Source of the DNA: Ophelia neglecta
Lineage: Eukaryota
Length of the DNA stretch: 64,000 bases
Assembly: GCA_965285935.1 (NCBI GenBank)
Contig: OZ260661.1
Location: 123,194,001 to 123,258,000, forward strand
Direction of reading: 5' to 3'
This document shows positions 8,831 through 20,200 of the stretch, piece by piece. The notes beneath the pieces were generated by a model. It was given only the letters and a program-made list of their open reading frames with translations, was not told the origin of the DNA and ran no database searches. Each line of letters opens with the position of its first letter. Position 1 is the first letter of the stretch. Both the position numbers and the translations under genes were made by a program.

Positions 8831-11800
8831 TCAATTGTCCTCGTTTTGCTGACTGCCATTGTTGGTACATACGTCATCGGTCGATTTAGGGTTGTCATAT
8901 TTTATCTCTTGCATAGAGAATTCAGTTATCACAGCTAAGAGTCTGCTAGGCTCGTCGCTCTGAGTTCCTACGTCATCTCCGACCCACTTTTCTTCAATGT
9001 GATTCGTCTCTACATCTTCTTCCGGTCTCTGGCTATCGGTCTGCACACATCCTTCTGTTGTCATTTTGTTAATCTTTTCTGTGTTTTCTCGTTTCGGAGA
9101 AGACGTATTGAGATCACACTGAGTATCTATTGAACACCCAACGGACCCGGACGAATTTATTGTGGACTCTTCTCCTCCTATAATGTCGCATTTTTCTGTC
9201 GATCTAGATGCGTTGATGTTTTCTTGGCCACATTTTGCACTACCATTCTGAAGTGCAGATTTCAGGAGAGCGCCAGGCTTTTGCTGGAAAAGTTTTGCCA
9301 TGTTTTTAACCGATGGTAAGACTGTCTCGGATTTAATTTCATCATCAGCGAGGCTTATCTTTCGATAATCGGATGACAGATTATCATTTTTATTTGACTC
9401 AGCAGAAGCGCCGCTTGTATTGGACTTGGTCGTTGGCATACTAGGATCATTTTCATGTGCCATGCCTTCCCCATTTGATGACAAAAAAGCCCCAGGTATA
9501 CTCGGAATACTACCACTTTGCGTCGAGACATCTGGATTTCTAGAAGCATTTTTCTCATTTCCACTTCCGCTTGGTCGATGAGAATTGGAAGTCACCTTCC
9601 CGGTAGATACGTGCGTGTTTTTCATTGCGTCCATTTGATTATTTGCTTGCGATTGGTCTTCCCGATACCGTGGTGTACATTCTTCGTGTTCGCCGTGTAT
9701 ATCTGGTGTATGATGTTGTGTAAAATTCCCGGCTGGCTTGTCAGGTGATGAATGGCTAGCCTTCTCCGGGAGAGTTGCCAAGGCATTGAATTCAGACTGA
9801 ACATGTTGACAGGAGCAAGGATTTTGATTTTTGTAAAGTGTGCTAGGAATTCCGATGTCAGATCCGCGCGCATTTTCATGGCTTTCTTTATGCCCTATGT
9901 CTTCTGCTCTGACCTGCCATCCGTTTCCTTGGTAACCTGGCAATGCTTGATTCATTTTCGGATCTGTGTATCCATTCGGAAGGGGTTGCGCACTCGTCTG
10001 GGTGATAGGATGATACAAGTTACCAGCTGGTTGATTCAGTCCGCCCCTAACTGTATCGTAAGGAACACCGATATATCGGCCCTGTTGATGGCTGAGGTCG
10101 CGTTGACTTCCGGGAATATTGTTCATATTTCCCTGTGCGTTTAATATGTTTTCGCCCATTTGTTGGCCATACATTTGCTGATACACCCCCGTGTTGTTTG
10201 ATAAGGCCCCATCGCTGTGAACTTGATTGCTATAGTTCTGGCTCGATGCCATCGTAGGTTGGTGACCACATGCTGGGTTGGCTAGTCCTTGGTTTTGAAG
10301 GGGGTGCTGGGCAGGGGGGTTGTGGTTATTACTGGCACCAAACCCCTGCATAGTTTGAAGCATGTTCATAGGGTTGACGGGAGTTTGGGGCGCCATTGTC
10401 CACAGGGCAAATTCGGTACCATGTTCTGTGGATCTCCCTAACATAGCAATCTGTTGGTTAGCAGACACAGTCACGCCTGGGTTAGCTCCATATCGACCGA
10501 TAGTTATGGTGTTTTCACCGTTATTTCTGGGAATATTCAGCGCCATGTCGTTGTTTGCAGCTTCAAATGGTGTCGGTTTCCAGGGAACGGCTGTTATGTT
10601 CCCAGTGCCAGTACGTCTGTTTGGCAGACTCACCTGCAGAGGGCGCTGAGAGTAGTCACTGGCTTGCCCGTCAAATGACAATCGTCGGAGCTGAGTTCCC
10701 ACCTGTGGAACTGCTTGGTATGGATATCCGTTCATAAGTACATTGTCTTGGTGAAGTTTTCTTCCCTGCTCTAAGGTCGAAACTGAATATCTTCTTGGTG
10801 ACAACTTTGCCCTTTCCTGTGGCAGTACCATAATGTCAGAGCCACTTCGCTCGTTTCTTTGGTATTCAGTGTCCCTCTGGTACCCATTAGAAAAGGGCAC
10901 AAACTCTTCCGAATATCTTCTGCCTTCACTGTGTCCTTGTTCCGGAAGACCATTATGCCTACTCCAAGTGTCACGTGGTTCCAGCTCAGGGCTGAAATCA
11001 GAGTTTTCATCGTCTGCGCTGTCAAACGACCACCCCTGACGAATTCCTCGCTTGAAACGCCCGACTGGTGTATTATCACGTGACTCTGATGTGGCTCGAC
11101 CATGCGAAGGACTACGATAGCGGGAACCCAGGCGAGATTTGAACTCCGAAAAATCACTGGCCAAAGGACCGTTCATCACATTTTCTGAATAGCGGCGATC
11201 GTTTGGTGTAAATACGGACGGATGTCCTCTGTAGGAATCTATGCGGGCGAACCTCCCATCGCCCGAATTGTCTTCGAGTGGTTCGAAGGGCAAGTTATAT
11301 TTTCTTGTTGGCTGCGACCTCTCCCTCATAGGAATCGATAAACTACTAATTTTGGTACTATCTCTACTGACATACTTGTTGTCCAAGGCCGATACTGAAA
11401 ATCGTCGTAAACTTGACACAACTCTCGGTTCCCTCTCCTCAAGGTCAAATGAGCGTTGTTTCAGACCAGGAAGTTCGGCTTCCGACATTCTCCGGATCCG
11501 GTTTCTAACGCCATTATTTGTCGGACGTTCTTTGTTGCTTAGTGATATGTAGACTGGGCCGTTCTGCTTCGGTTCGCTAACTACCGGCATCCTGATTTGG
11601 CCTGTATGTCCTCCTTCAGTTTTTGCCTTACAGCTATCCTTAAAATTGATTACACCTGTTGAGCCAAGATCAGATTCTGAGTTCCTTGTTGATAACTGTG
11701 AACCACCGGCGCACACTCCTTTGTTCTGATTCCGAGCAAATGTTGCTTGGTATGAGTTCACCGTGTTAACACCACCAGAATATAAGGCTAGCGGACTGCG

Positions 11801-14800
11801 CCGCGTGTTATTTCTCACTGGGGATGATTTGCCGCTTCTTTCGCTATGACTCCCACTATTGCGCGTCTTATCTGATAGCTCCCGGTCTGAGTCAGACCAG
11901 GTGGGGTACTGGGAATGCCTTGACGGCCAGCTCCAATTCATCTCTCTCCCGGAGTCTGAGTCATACTCCGCATTATTTCGGGATGAAACCCTATCCGTGC
12001 CAGCCGACACGAACTTTGGGTGATTGGCGTGCGGAGATAGTTCGATATAATCTTCGTCGCACTCAATCTTGTAGTGAGATTTATTTCCGTTTCTTTGCTT
12101 TTTGTTATTTCTGCCCGGCGCCAGCGGTAGCAGGCTTAGTCCTTGTTCACCACGGTGTGTGTGGTTATCAAAGCTAGCCGGCTTGAATTCAGACTGCCAG
12201 CTATTTCTGTCTGTGTTCACTAGGTGTAGGCTCCTCTCTGCGTCTATACGATCCTCCTGACGGCCACGCATGACGTTATTTTCGTTATAGCGCGCGTTCC
12301 CTTCTGTTTTATTTTGAGCTTCAGGAGAACTCTGCTCAAGTGATCGATTATATAATATCCTGATGGGTTTATTAGCTGGGGGGGAAGTGTCCTTAGTTAC
12401 AGGACTATCACGCCCTATAGGGCTCCAAACGCTTAAATCATAGCTATCCCTACACAGTGTAGATTTTTGAGAACTATAACCGGAATCGCATAACCGTTCC
12501 GGTGTGCCTAGCGTCCGATTTTTTTCATATGACTTAATCAATTTCACCGTCTCGCTTGCCAGTCGCCGAGAGGCGGTTATGATCTCACGATGAAGCCTCT
12601 CCCGCTCTCTGGCGTCCATGTCGAAAACGTAGCCCACGTGAGACACGCTAGGCTTTGACCCACTTACTCCTTCCTCTAGATTGTCGTCCAATACTTCAAT
12701 GTCCCTTATTAATGTCTGCAGCCGATCATTCATTGTCCTAAGCTGCCCGGATGTATAATCAGCAGACCCACTTAGTTCCTGTTGATCTTCTATCTCGTTA
12801 GAATTACTATTACTCTCAGTTGAAGCAGACGACACCCTGTTATTAATATATCCATCGGCTCTTTGTTTTCTGAGGTCGCCAATTAGGTCTGGTATTTCCC
12901 CGGCCACTTGTCTGTCTTCTCTGTGCAGCTCGGACGCCACAACCACCTTAGGATTGAACGTCTCAGGGTTGTCGACCAGATCATAGGGTGAATGAATGTG
13001 ACATGGAAGGTCATCAGACGTGGAACAAGCCGCGTCACAGAGACCGGAACCCCGTGGAAGTTGAGGACGAAACAATTCGAAATTATCATCTAAACCTGAA
13101 CTAGAAACTGACTCGGAAGATTCACTACGCCTGTATTGTGTGGGGCTGCTAAGCTCTGAAGATTCCGTGGACGATGGGCTGGCTTGGCGAACTTTATGTT
13201 TCGATTTATTAGCCTTGCCTGTATGTCTCGACAGCTGTCGTTTGCCGTCTGCTACGACTCCTGAAATCTTAGAATTCTTTTCGCCAAGTTTCTCGTCGTT
13301 TTCTTCCGACTCGCATGAGTACCAACCTAGGCTCTCACAGCTAGAAGTCCGTTCTGACACGCCAATATTGCCCGAGGCGTTTCCTTCATATTTGTTTGAC
13401 TTGGCGGGAGAGTTTTTTGTGGAACTTTTTTTCTTGTTTACATGTTCAGCTATTCCTTGCAGGTGTGTTTTTTGGGATACGGGGAGTTGAGACAGTTCAT
13501 ATTGGCTGTCCGATTTGCGACGCATATACCTGTCTTTGGCGCTTACCGAGAACATATTTCTGGATGGAATCATTACATCGTCCATACTACGAATTGGGGG
13601 AAAAGATGTATTACTTTTCTCCTTTTTTTTCTTCATTTCTTGTGGTTGTTCAATGCCGCAGCCTTCGATTTCAACAATATCAGATTTTTCATGGTCAGCT
13701 ACGGGAAATTTCGGAGTCGTGTTACTGTTGCTTCCTGAAGAAGAGCGCTCATAGACAGCATTTTCCTCCCAGTCAACAAATTCTACTGGCCTTAAACTAC
13801 CAGCTATTTCTTCTTCATATTCTTGAATGGAGGCTGCCTTATGGGCGGGTGAAGCTTGTATTGTTTCACTTATTTCACACAAATCAGGCCCGTGGGCGTT
13901 ATATATTAAGTTTTCTGTCCAATCTACCTGACTAAGCGGTGCACTAAGAATAAAATCATCATCAGCAAGTTCAAATTCACCGCTATCCATTTCTCCCAAG
14001 GTTTGTTGAAATTCCGGGCTTTTTATTTTACTATCAATTGTGTCAGGAGACATAATGTATCCAAGTAATATATCTGACCAATTCACCATTGAATAGACTG
14101 GAATAAAATCGTCAATATTAGCCAGATCTAAAGACTCTAGAATACTTGTTGTTTCCGTCGTCTCGATGTTTTCTTCGATGTCACTTGTCGAGGCAACATC
14201 GGACAAGATGGGCGGGGAGGAAACGTTTAGTAAGCTCTCGGCCCAATTAACTCTAGGTAATTCCTGTTGAATTTGAGTCTTTGACAGCCTTTTAACTGGC
14301 ACAGTCTTAGCTGCCGCGGATGCAGTTTGGCCATTCTGATCGGCCGCATTGATATCACATGAGTCGGGGGAAAATGGGTTCTGGATGAGCTCGTTTGACC
14401 AGCTGACACGCTGAAGGGGCGTGATTGCTAGGAGGTCATCTCCTGTGACGAACTCCCGTTGTTCTTGAACCGGCAATACATTACTAACGTCTGGGTTGAA
14501 TTCTGGAGTAGTTTCAATATCACAGATAGATGGCGGGGAGGTCACGTATTGATTTACATCGGAACAATCAACCATTTGCAGGGGTATATGTGCCTGGATA
14601 TCTTGAGCGATAATAGGTGGACGTTGCTGTATGTCCGGGGCAAGAAACTGGGCGTCTTCATTGGCAGCGATCCCGAGGACATTTTGATAGGTGAAGAGAG
14701 AGGTAGACTCTTGATAAACGAGATTATCAGTCCAATCCACCCTACACAAGGGCTTTGTCTCTTGTAAATGAGAACCAGACTTGTCCACCTCTTCCCGGGC

Positions 14801-17269
14801 AAGTAAAAGTTCCTGTGTGCTTTGTTCAACAATTGGAGTAAAGTATGTAGTTAGCGGTTCTACCCCTGGAACAATCTGCATAGGCGAGGGTATTCTTAGA
14901 ACTTTGGGCTTTGAAACGACCTTTTGCAGCAATTGAATTTTCTTCTTTGTGCCTTTAGGGGATGAAGTAGTAACCTCGTCCTTTGCGTGTTGCCCCTGGC
15001 CAGATTCTGATATTTGCTTATGAAGCTCTGGTGTGAAGTCACTTTGACTAGGCGTTTTATCACCTGATTCGCTATGAGCTGGTTTGTTTGAGCCAACGTT
15101 GTTCTTAGATGGCACCACGTCAACATTGGCTCTGCAGGAGTTGCCGCCTTTACTTTTCCTTCTCTGGTATGCAATTTGTCCCGATTTCTGCAATTCTGCT
15201 AAAATGTGGTCTTCCTCGTGTATGGCTGCCATATCCTCCCCAGAGTCGCCCATCTTTTTAAGGATTTGTTCGAGGCGTGTAGCTGGTGACTTTTTCCTTT
15301 CCACCAGAAAGCTGTCCGACATTCGTCTTTCAACGGCGGCGGTTGACAGACTCCGGACAACTTGGCTTTGCATGGCTCGTTCTTTGGCTTTGATGAACGA
15401 CGAGGACAATTTGGTCGGTGGCGCAGGAGGCTTGCTCGTGTATTTCTTTTCCGTTCCATCTTGACCGTGCATGGCTTGCATGGAACTCACTCGCTTTCGC
15501 CAAGGGTAATCGGCTTGTTTCATGAGATGAGACGTACCCTTTTCCATAGAGACTTTTTCCGGTCTGGCAAACTTATGAGAGGTGTGTTCCTCGACTGGCC
15601 CTTCTCCTGGGATTCTGATGTGCCTCGGCAATTGTTTCGGTCCTCTAGGTCCCTCCGCATGAGACACCATCTCCGGCAACTGCCTTGGTACGTTTAGGCT
15701 CATACGTCGATTGTGCTTCTCGAAATCTAGTATCCTCTCTGATACTGACCGTTTAAATTTGACTGACTCAGATTCGGGCCGTGGAATTTTAGTTGCAGGG
15801 AGGCCAGAAACTGTTCTGACCTCCTCTGCCTTAATTAGTTTTGATTGAACGGGGCGAAATAACGAGCGCGGCGAATGTTTGAAATGATCTTGGCTCTGAT
15901 GGAAACGGTTTTGATCTTTGAGTGCATTATTTAGTATGTTTAGTGAGCGCCGTTTATCGTCCACTTCGGCCAGTTTTGAGCGTGGAATCCGGCCGTCATC
16001 GGCCGTGTGCCCGAAGTATTCAGAATGTCTCTTAGGCTGCAGAGGACTAGTGTCTTGGAATTCGTCGATAGTCGTGTGTAGGACCTCCGAATAGACCCGG
16101 CGAAGCGGAGAACCCGTCGGTGTACTCTTCAGAGAAGAGAAGGGTGACCTGCCGATGCCTTTACTACACGTGACTTCTTCTTCGGTCAGGTCATGGATTG
16201 TGGGGCTGTCTTTCCTGCCCGCTTGGTGACTAAATTCCGCCCATGTTCTGCTCCGGTGAAATTGATTGCCTTTGGGCTGTTGACCCGAACCCAGCTGGCC
16301 GGGATCGCCTCCGTCACTGTCATTGTCGAAGTCCTTGAATTCGTTGATGATCTCTTCTAGCCTGGTTCTCCGCTTAGTTCGCGGGGTTACCTCGACATTG
16401 GTAAGGTCAGTACTCACTCCCTGGCTGGGGCGTTGTACCAAGGGGATTGCTATATCGCTATTCGCAGTGGCTTTATCGGAGAATTCATATGGTGGAGGGT
16501 CAGGCAGAAGTATCTGCTGTTCTTGCATTGTGTTTGGCAAAATAGCGTTTGGTGCTATCTGAAGCAAGAGCCCGCCTGGAGACGGGACAGCCATATTTCG
16601 AGGAGGTTCTTGGTAATAGCTGGTGTCTATGGAGAGTTCTGTCATCATACTGGGTGACGGACTACGTTCTTTTAGGACAAGATGCCTACCGTCTACTGAT
16701 AGAGTGGGGTCAAATAAGGGCATTGGTGTATTGAACACTACCGACTGGGAGCCGTTGTCTCGAAGGCCGGCCAATGCGTTCGTTTCAAGCCTCGCATGTT
16801 CTCGTTTGGAGGACCGTTTAGGGTCTTTCCCCTGATAATTAGTTTTGGTAATGGCGTCTCGATGCACGTGGATTTCAGCCTTAAAATTTTCCGCTGATGG
16901 CTCCTTCTTTTTGCCAGTTCGGTGTTTTGATGGAACATCCCCAAATAAATCCTCTAAAGTTTTTGGGATTTTCACCAATCCAATTTTACGCCACCGCCGT
17001 AATACCCTACGCTGGTTGTCGTCCATCATTCGTTCGTGTTGTTCTTTAGCCAGACGTAGAGCAGATTTTAAAATTTCTTTATCAAATGATTGATATTTGG
17101 GGTCATTTCTAGCGTTTGTTTTGAAATTTTCAAATGTTTCGGCCATTTTGCTTTGATTGCGAAAATGCTCGTCTGAAAGCAGGCAATAGGGACACTCTAT
17201 CCCGAGATTCTTCAGCACGCAACTCCTGGAGTTCTCCTTACCCACAGCTAGGTTGCTTGTATCCGCCAT
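8831..17269 (-). CDS. Giant 2812-aa, mostly intrinsically disordered protein of unknown family, encoded in one exon
   Basis: Uninterrupted 8.4-kb ORF; in-frame TAG upstream of the ATG; splice acceptor CTTTCTTTCAG| at 17353; minus-strand AATAAA at 8590-8595. S/R/E/Q/N-rich with no recognisable globular domain. Confidence 0.9.
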   Translation of the reverse strand: MADTSNLAVGKENSRSCVLKNLGIECPYCLLSDEHFRNQSKMAETFENFKTNARNDPKYQSFDKEILKSALRLAKEQHERMMDDNQRRVLRRWRKIGLVKIPKTLEDLFGDVPSKHRTGKKKEPSAENFKAEIHVHRDAITKTNYQGKDPKRSSKREHARLETNALAGLRDNGSQSVVFNTPMPLFDPTLSVDGRHLVLKERSPSPSMMTELSIDTSYYQEPPRNMAVPSPGGLLLQIAPNAILPNTMQEQQILLPDPPPYEFSDKATANSDIAIPLVQRPSQGVSTDLTNVEVTPRTKRRTRLEEIINEFKDFDNDSDGGDPGQLGSGQQPKGNQFHRSRTWAEFSHQAGRKDSPTIHDLTEEEVTCSKGIGRSPFSSLKSTPTGSPLRRVYSEVLHTTIDEFQDTSPLQPKRHSEYFGHTADDGRIPRSKLAEVDDKRRSLNILNNALKDQNRFHQSQDHFKHSPRSLFRPVQSKLIKAEEVRTVSGLPATKIPRPESESVKFKRSVSERILDFEKHNRRMSLNVPRQLPEMVSHAEGPRGPKQLPRHIRIPGEGPVEEHTSHKFARPEKVSMEKGTSHLMKQADYPWRKRVSSMQAMHGQDGTEKKYTSKPPAPPTKLSSSFIKAKERAMQSQVVRSLSTAAVERRMSDSFLVERKKSPATRLEQILKKMGDSGEDMAAIHEEDHILAELQKSGQIAYQRRKSKGGNSCRANVDVVPSKNNVGSNKPAHSESGDKTPSQSDFTPELHKQISESGQGQHAKDEVTTSSPKGTKKKIQLLQKVVSKPKVLRIPSPMQIVPGVEPLTTYFTPIVEQSTQELLLAREEVDKSGSHLQETKPLCRVDWTDNLVYQESTSLFTYQNVLGIAANEDAQFLAPDIQQRPPIIAQDIQAHIPLQMVDCSDVNQYVTSPPSICDIETTPEFNPDVSNVLPVQEQREFVTGDDLLAITPLQRVSWSNELIQNPFSPDSCDINAADQNGQTASAAAKTVPVKRLSKTQIQQELPRVNWAESLLNVSSPPILSDVASTSDIEENIETTETTSILESLDLANIDDFIPVYSMVNWSDILLGYIMSPDTIDSKIKSPEFQQTLGEMDSGEFELADDDFILSAPLSQVDWTENLIYNAHGPDLCEISETIQASPAHKAASIQEYEEEIAGSLRPVEFVDWEENAVYERSSSGSNSNTTPKFPVADHEKSDIVEIEGCGIEQPQEMKKKKEKSNTSFPPIRSMDDVMIPSRNMFSVSAKDRYMRRKSDSQYELSQLPVSQKTHLQGIAEHVNKKKSSTKNSPAKSNKYEGNASGNIGVSERTSSCESLGWYSCESEENDEKLGEKNSKISGVVADGKRQLSRHTGKANKSKHKVRQASPSSTESSELSSPTQYRRSESSESVSSSGLDDNFELFRPQLPRGSGLCDAACSTSDDLPCHIHSPYDLVDNPETFNPKVVVASELHREDRQVAGEIPDLIGDLRKQRADGYINNRVSSASTESNSNSNEIEDQQELSGSADYTSGQLRTMNDRLQTLIRDIEVLDDNLEEGVSGSKPSVSHVGYVFDMDARERERLHREIITASRRLASETVKLIKSYEKNRTLGTPERLCDSGYSSQKSTLCRDSYDLSVWSPIGRDSPVTKDTSPPANKPIRILYNRSLEQSSPEAQNKTEGNARYNENNVMRGRQEDRIDAERSLHLVNTDRNSWQSEFKPASFDNHTHRGEQGLSLLPLAPGRNNKKQRNGNKSHYKIECDEDYIELSPHANHPKFVSAGTDRVSSRNNAEYDSDSGREMNWSWPSRHSQYPTWSDSDRELSDKTRNSGSHSERSGKSSPVRNNTRRSPLALYSGGVNTVNSYQATFARNQNKGVCAGGSQLSTRNSESDLGSTGVINFKDSCKAKTEGGHTGQIRMPVVSEPKQNGPVYISLSNKERPTNNGVRNRIRRMSEAELPGLKQRSFDLEEREPRVVSSLRRFSVSALDNKYVSRDSTKISSLSIPMRERSQPTRKYNLPFEPLEDNSGDGRFARIDSYRGHPSVFTPNDRRYSENVMNGPLASDFSEFKSRLGSRYRSPSHGRATSESRDNTPVGRFKRGIRQGWSFDSADDENSDFSPELEPRDTWSRHNGLPEQGHSEGRRYSEEFVPFSNGYQRDTEYQRNERSGSDIMVLPQERAKLSPRRYSVSTLEQGRKLHQDNVLMNGYPYQAVPQVGTQLRRLSFDGQASDYSQRPLQVSLPNRRTGTGNITAVPWKPTPFEAANNDMALNIPRNNGENTITIGRYGANPGVTVSANQQIAMLGRSTEHGTEFALWTMAPQTPVNPMNMLQTMQGFGASNNHNPPAQHPLQNQGLANPACGHQPTMASSQNYSNQVHSDGALSNNTGVYQQMYGQQMGENILNAQGNMNNIPGSQRDLSHQQGRYIGVPYDTVRGGLNQPAGNLYHPITQTSAQPLPNGYTDPKMNQALPGYQGNGWQVRAEDIGHKESHENARGSDIGIPSTLYKNQNPCSCQHVQSEFNALATLPEKASHSSPDKPAGNFTQHHTPDIHGEHEECTPRYREDQSQANNQMDAMKNTHVSTGKVTSNSHRPSGSGNEKNASRNPDVSTQSGSIPSIPGAFLSSNGEGMAHENDPSMPTTKSNTSGASAESNKNDNLSSDYRKISLADDEIKSETVLPSVKNMAKLFQQKPGALLKSALQNGSAKCGQENINASRSTEKCDIIGGEESTINSSGSVGCSIDTQCDLNTSSPKRENTEKINKMTTEGCVQTDSQRPEEDVETNHIEEKWVGDDVGTQSDEPSRLLAVITEFSMQEIKYDNPKSTDDVCTNNGSQQNEDN

Positions 17270-20200
17270 ATTTGTTTTAGTCTGTACCTTTGGTTCCTAT
17301 CCAAGATTTGCTTACTAACAACCGTCTATACATCTTCGCTTCCCAGCTTTACCTGAAAGAAAGCCCGAGTGAACATTAGTGAGACGATGATAGCCGTAAG
17401 GTCGTAAAAACAAACATATTTTACAGTTCCTATAGCAACGCTTTTTCCTGTGAACTAAACGTGAAATAAAAATCTAAGCCAACTTAATGCCAAAATAATC
17501 AAAAACTGGAATTGTAATACATACATTAGATAAAGATACAGGCGTATTAGATTGTATAAAAATTTTATGTCAACTATCGAATGGCAGACCGGGAGGGCTT
17601 GTTCTGGTAGTCAGCTGTAAGCAGCATGGCGGTTGGGTGAGTGTAAACATAGGTATGACGGAATCAAGGTGGTATTACTCGTGTAGGTGTGTTTGATCTA
17701 GAGCTGACCTTCGACGTCTTAAACGCTCGAATATCATGCATAGAACAAGGTAATACACCAGCTTAAACAGGGAGAGAAATGGAAACCTATTATTGAACTT
17801 CACAGTGCAGTCACGTGTTATTCGTACGAAATATCAGAGAAGTCTAAGTTTTAGCCGGAAAAATACTTACACAGTAAAGAAAAAACAGACATATACCTTA
17901 AGCATGGTGAAGTTGTTTTTTTCAATAAGAATGCTCGCGGCGTGATTAATACTATTATCTCGAAAAGGACCAGGTGGCGGCCAAAAACATCACCCCTGCA
18001 CTTGTTTTTTTAACATCAGCAAAATAGGCTACTGAATTAACGCTCACTGGCAGACATACCTGTTCGTGTCTGTGTTATAATAACTCAGCAAAATATCCAT
18101 GATTACAAACTTACTTGTAATGGGAGCCATTGGGAGCTAATTTCCCTTGTCGTGCTGCGGAATTCCGGGATAGCACGAGCCATGCCTCGCTTTCAGACCA
18201 CCTGCGTCCCGACCTTCTCTCTCAGCGCACGTGCTTCGTCGTCTGCTGATCGCTTGCTACTAACAAACGCTGGTGTGTACACCGTGAACACCGGAGCTAG
18301 TTTCAAGACTTACTCAGCAAGTACCTGCACTCTGCTACATTCCTGCCCGTCCAATCTCCATTCGAGGTGCGATGGCGGCCTTGTTTATTTGCTGGCTTCA
18401 TGACGAAGCGCAGATAAGTCATGGGATGTACTCCCTCACCGAATACCTTAATCAGGGTAGGTAAACATGCGCACAGGGAGTAATTGCCGCACTATATCCG
18501 ATGCCGAAATAGATCCCAGTGACCAGCACGTCTCAGGTGAACGGGGAATGCCAGCGCGAAAGTCTAGAATTACTCTAGGTATAGTTCCATGGTTGAGAAA
18601 GACGAACCCCAGTTAAATCTTCCACTACATGTATACTCCACTGTCGAAAATCGTTTGAAGTGTTTATCTAGATCTTATTCCTGTAGGTACCTCTAGCCTG
18701 CCAGAACACTGTGCACCTTAACCGAAAAACAAGCCAGCCTCTATAACCGTTGAGCAGACCCGTGCGCCCAGCTGCCAGTTTTAACGGCTATCAACAGTAC
18801 TTAGCGTTTTGGGACCAATATCTCACAGTTATTATTGTCTGCGGGGTAGTTATTTTTGCTCCGCATTGACAAACACGGGCCTTCGTCATTGCTGAAGTGT
18901 ACCATGGGTAAAAAAGTTACCTGAAGATACATCAAGGAGATTATTTTGCGATCCCTATATCATCTCGAGCCAGCAGTCGTCATTCCGCCTTCTATGTTAT
19001 GACGTTATATAAAACCTTTCTTCACGCGTACATCTGTTTTGTATTAAGCGCCTGTTTCCAATTTGTAATGCTCTCAATGCAAACCAAGCCTGGAAGACTA
19101 TCGAAGGAATGAAAAAATGTGATCAACTTTATTGGCTAAGTGTCAGTGGCTTAATCATAGCTCCCTCTATTTTCACTAAAGCTTTTAACGTCATGTCTGT
19201 ATGTTTATGTTAATCAGAGGTGTCGAGTACCTTTATCTCTTTCATAAAGCATTTTCTTTCAATTCTGGCCTCGAAATGAATCGAAAGAATGAACTGACAT
19301 AACGTGGATGGTCAATGGTCATATAGGTTAAGGACGGGTCTCGTTTTTTCATTTATTAATACATGTACCTAAAATGTGTCTTCGACATTAATTATCGCAA
19401 TTTATACAATGTATTATTAAATTCTCACCATAAAATCGTTAGCTCCAATCGTTAGAGCTGTCAGTGTGAAGTATTTGCACTGTATTTGAGGTAAGATTGC
19501 CCTATAATTAGGACACCGACAACGCAATCTGTGTGATTTGGGGCTTTACACATGCACTTGCTTCTGTTTTCACTAGCCCAAGAGAAAAAAAGAAAACAAC
19601 TATAATCAACGTTCGGAATATTTTGGGTTTTTAGCAATCGAAAGGTAACAGACGTAGACGTAAAGGTAGACGTGCGATTTGTACGGTTCAAATGAGACTT
19701 CTAGCAGCAGAATTGTTCAAACGCGATTGAACTAGGCGTATTGGTCATTATTTCAACAATAAGCGTTATAGATAACCATTATATGATTATAACTGAAGAA
19801 CCTGATCATAATGATCACCCGCAACAACACAATGCCAAGCCGCATTGTACAGCTATTTGGGGTAGAAGAAGGCTACTCACAAAGAATGTAGATCTCTCCG
19901 TTGCAAGATAACATTCTTTCCCAAAATAGCTCGATTCATAGAACAAAAAACATGATATCAGGAATATCAAACCGATTTGATGACAAATGTGTTGGCTATC
20001 TGTATTCTAGGGATGCTTCATGAAACGATACACGAAACAAACGTGGTATTTGCTACTTTAGACACTTGATGATTTACACGTTGGATACATTCGAAGCTAG
20101 GACCATTGGTTCTATAAATACACAATGAGACACAACAGGTCATAGGCCACATGTAGCATATGAGTCTATATCTACGTTTGCGTCTACATTACTGTGACAT

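Noticed and set aside
10430-10560. ITIG segment (NNGENTITIGRYG) as a possible RHIM-like amyloid motif
   Set aside because: Only a loose match to the (I/V)Q(I/V)G core within low-complexity sequence; not supportable without a profile search.
9355-17093. Many short ORFs overlapping or antisense to the 2812-aa ORF
   Set aside because: Expected shadows of a long coding sequence; none shows a recognisable domain.
17890-18420. Possible 5' UTR exons of the giant gene (minus-strand donors near 17896, 18059, 18114)
   Set aside because: Several candidate donors exist and none can be chosen without transcript data.
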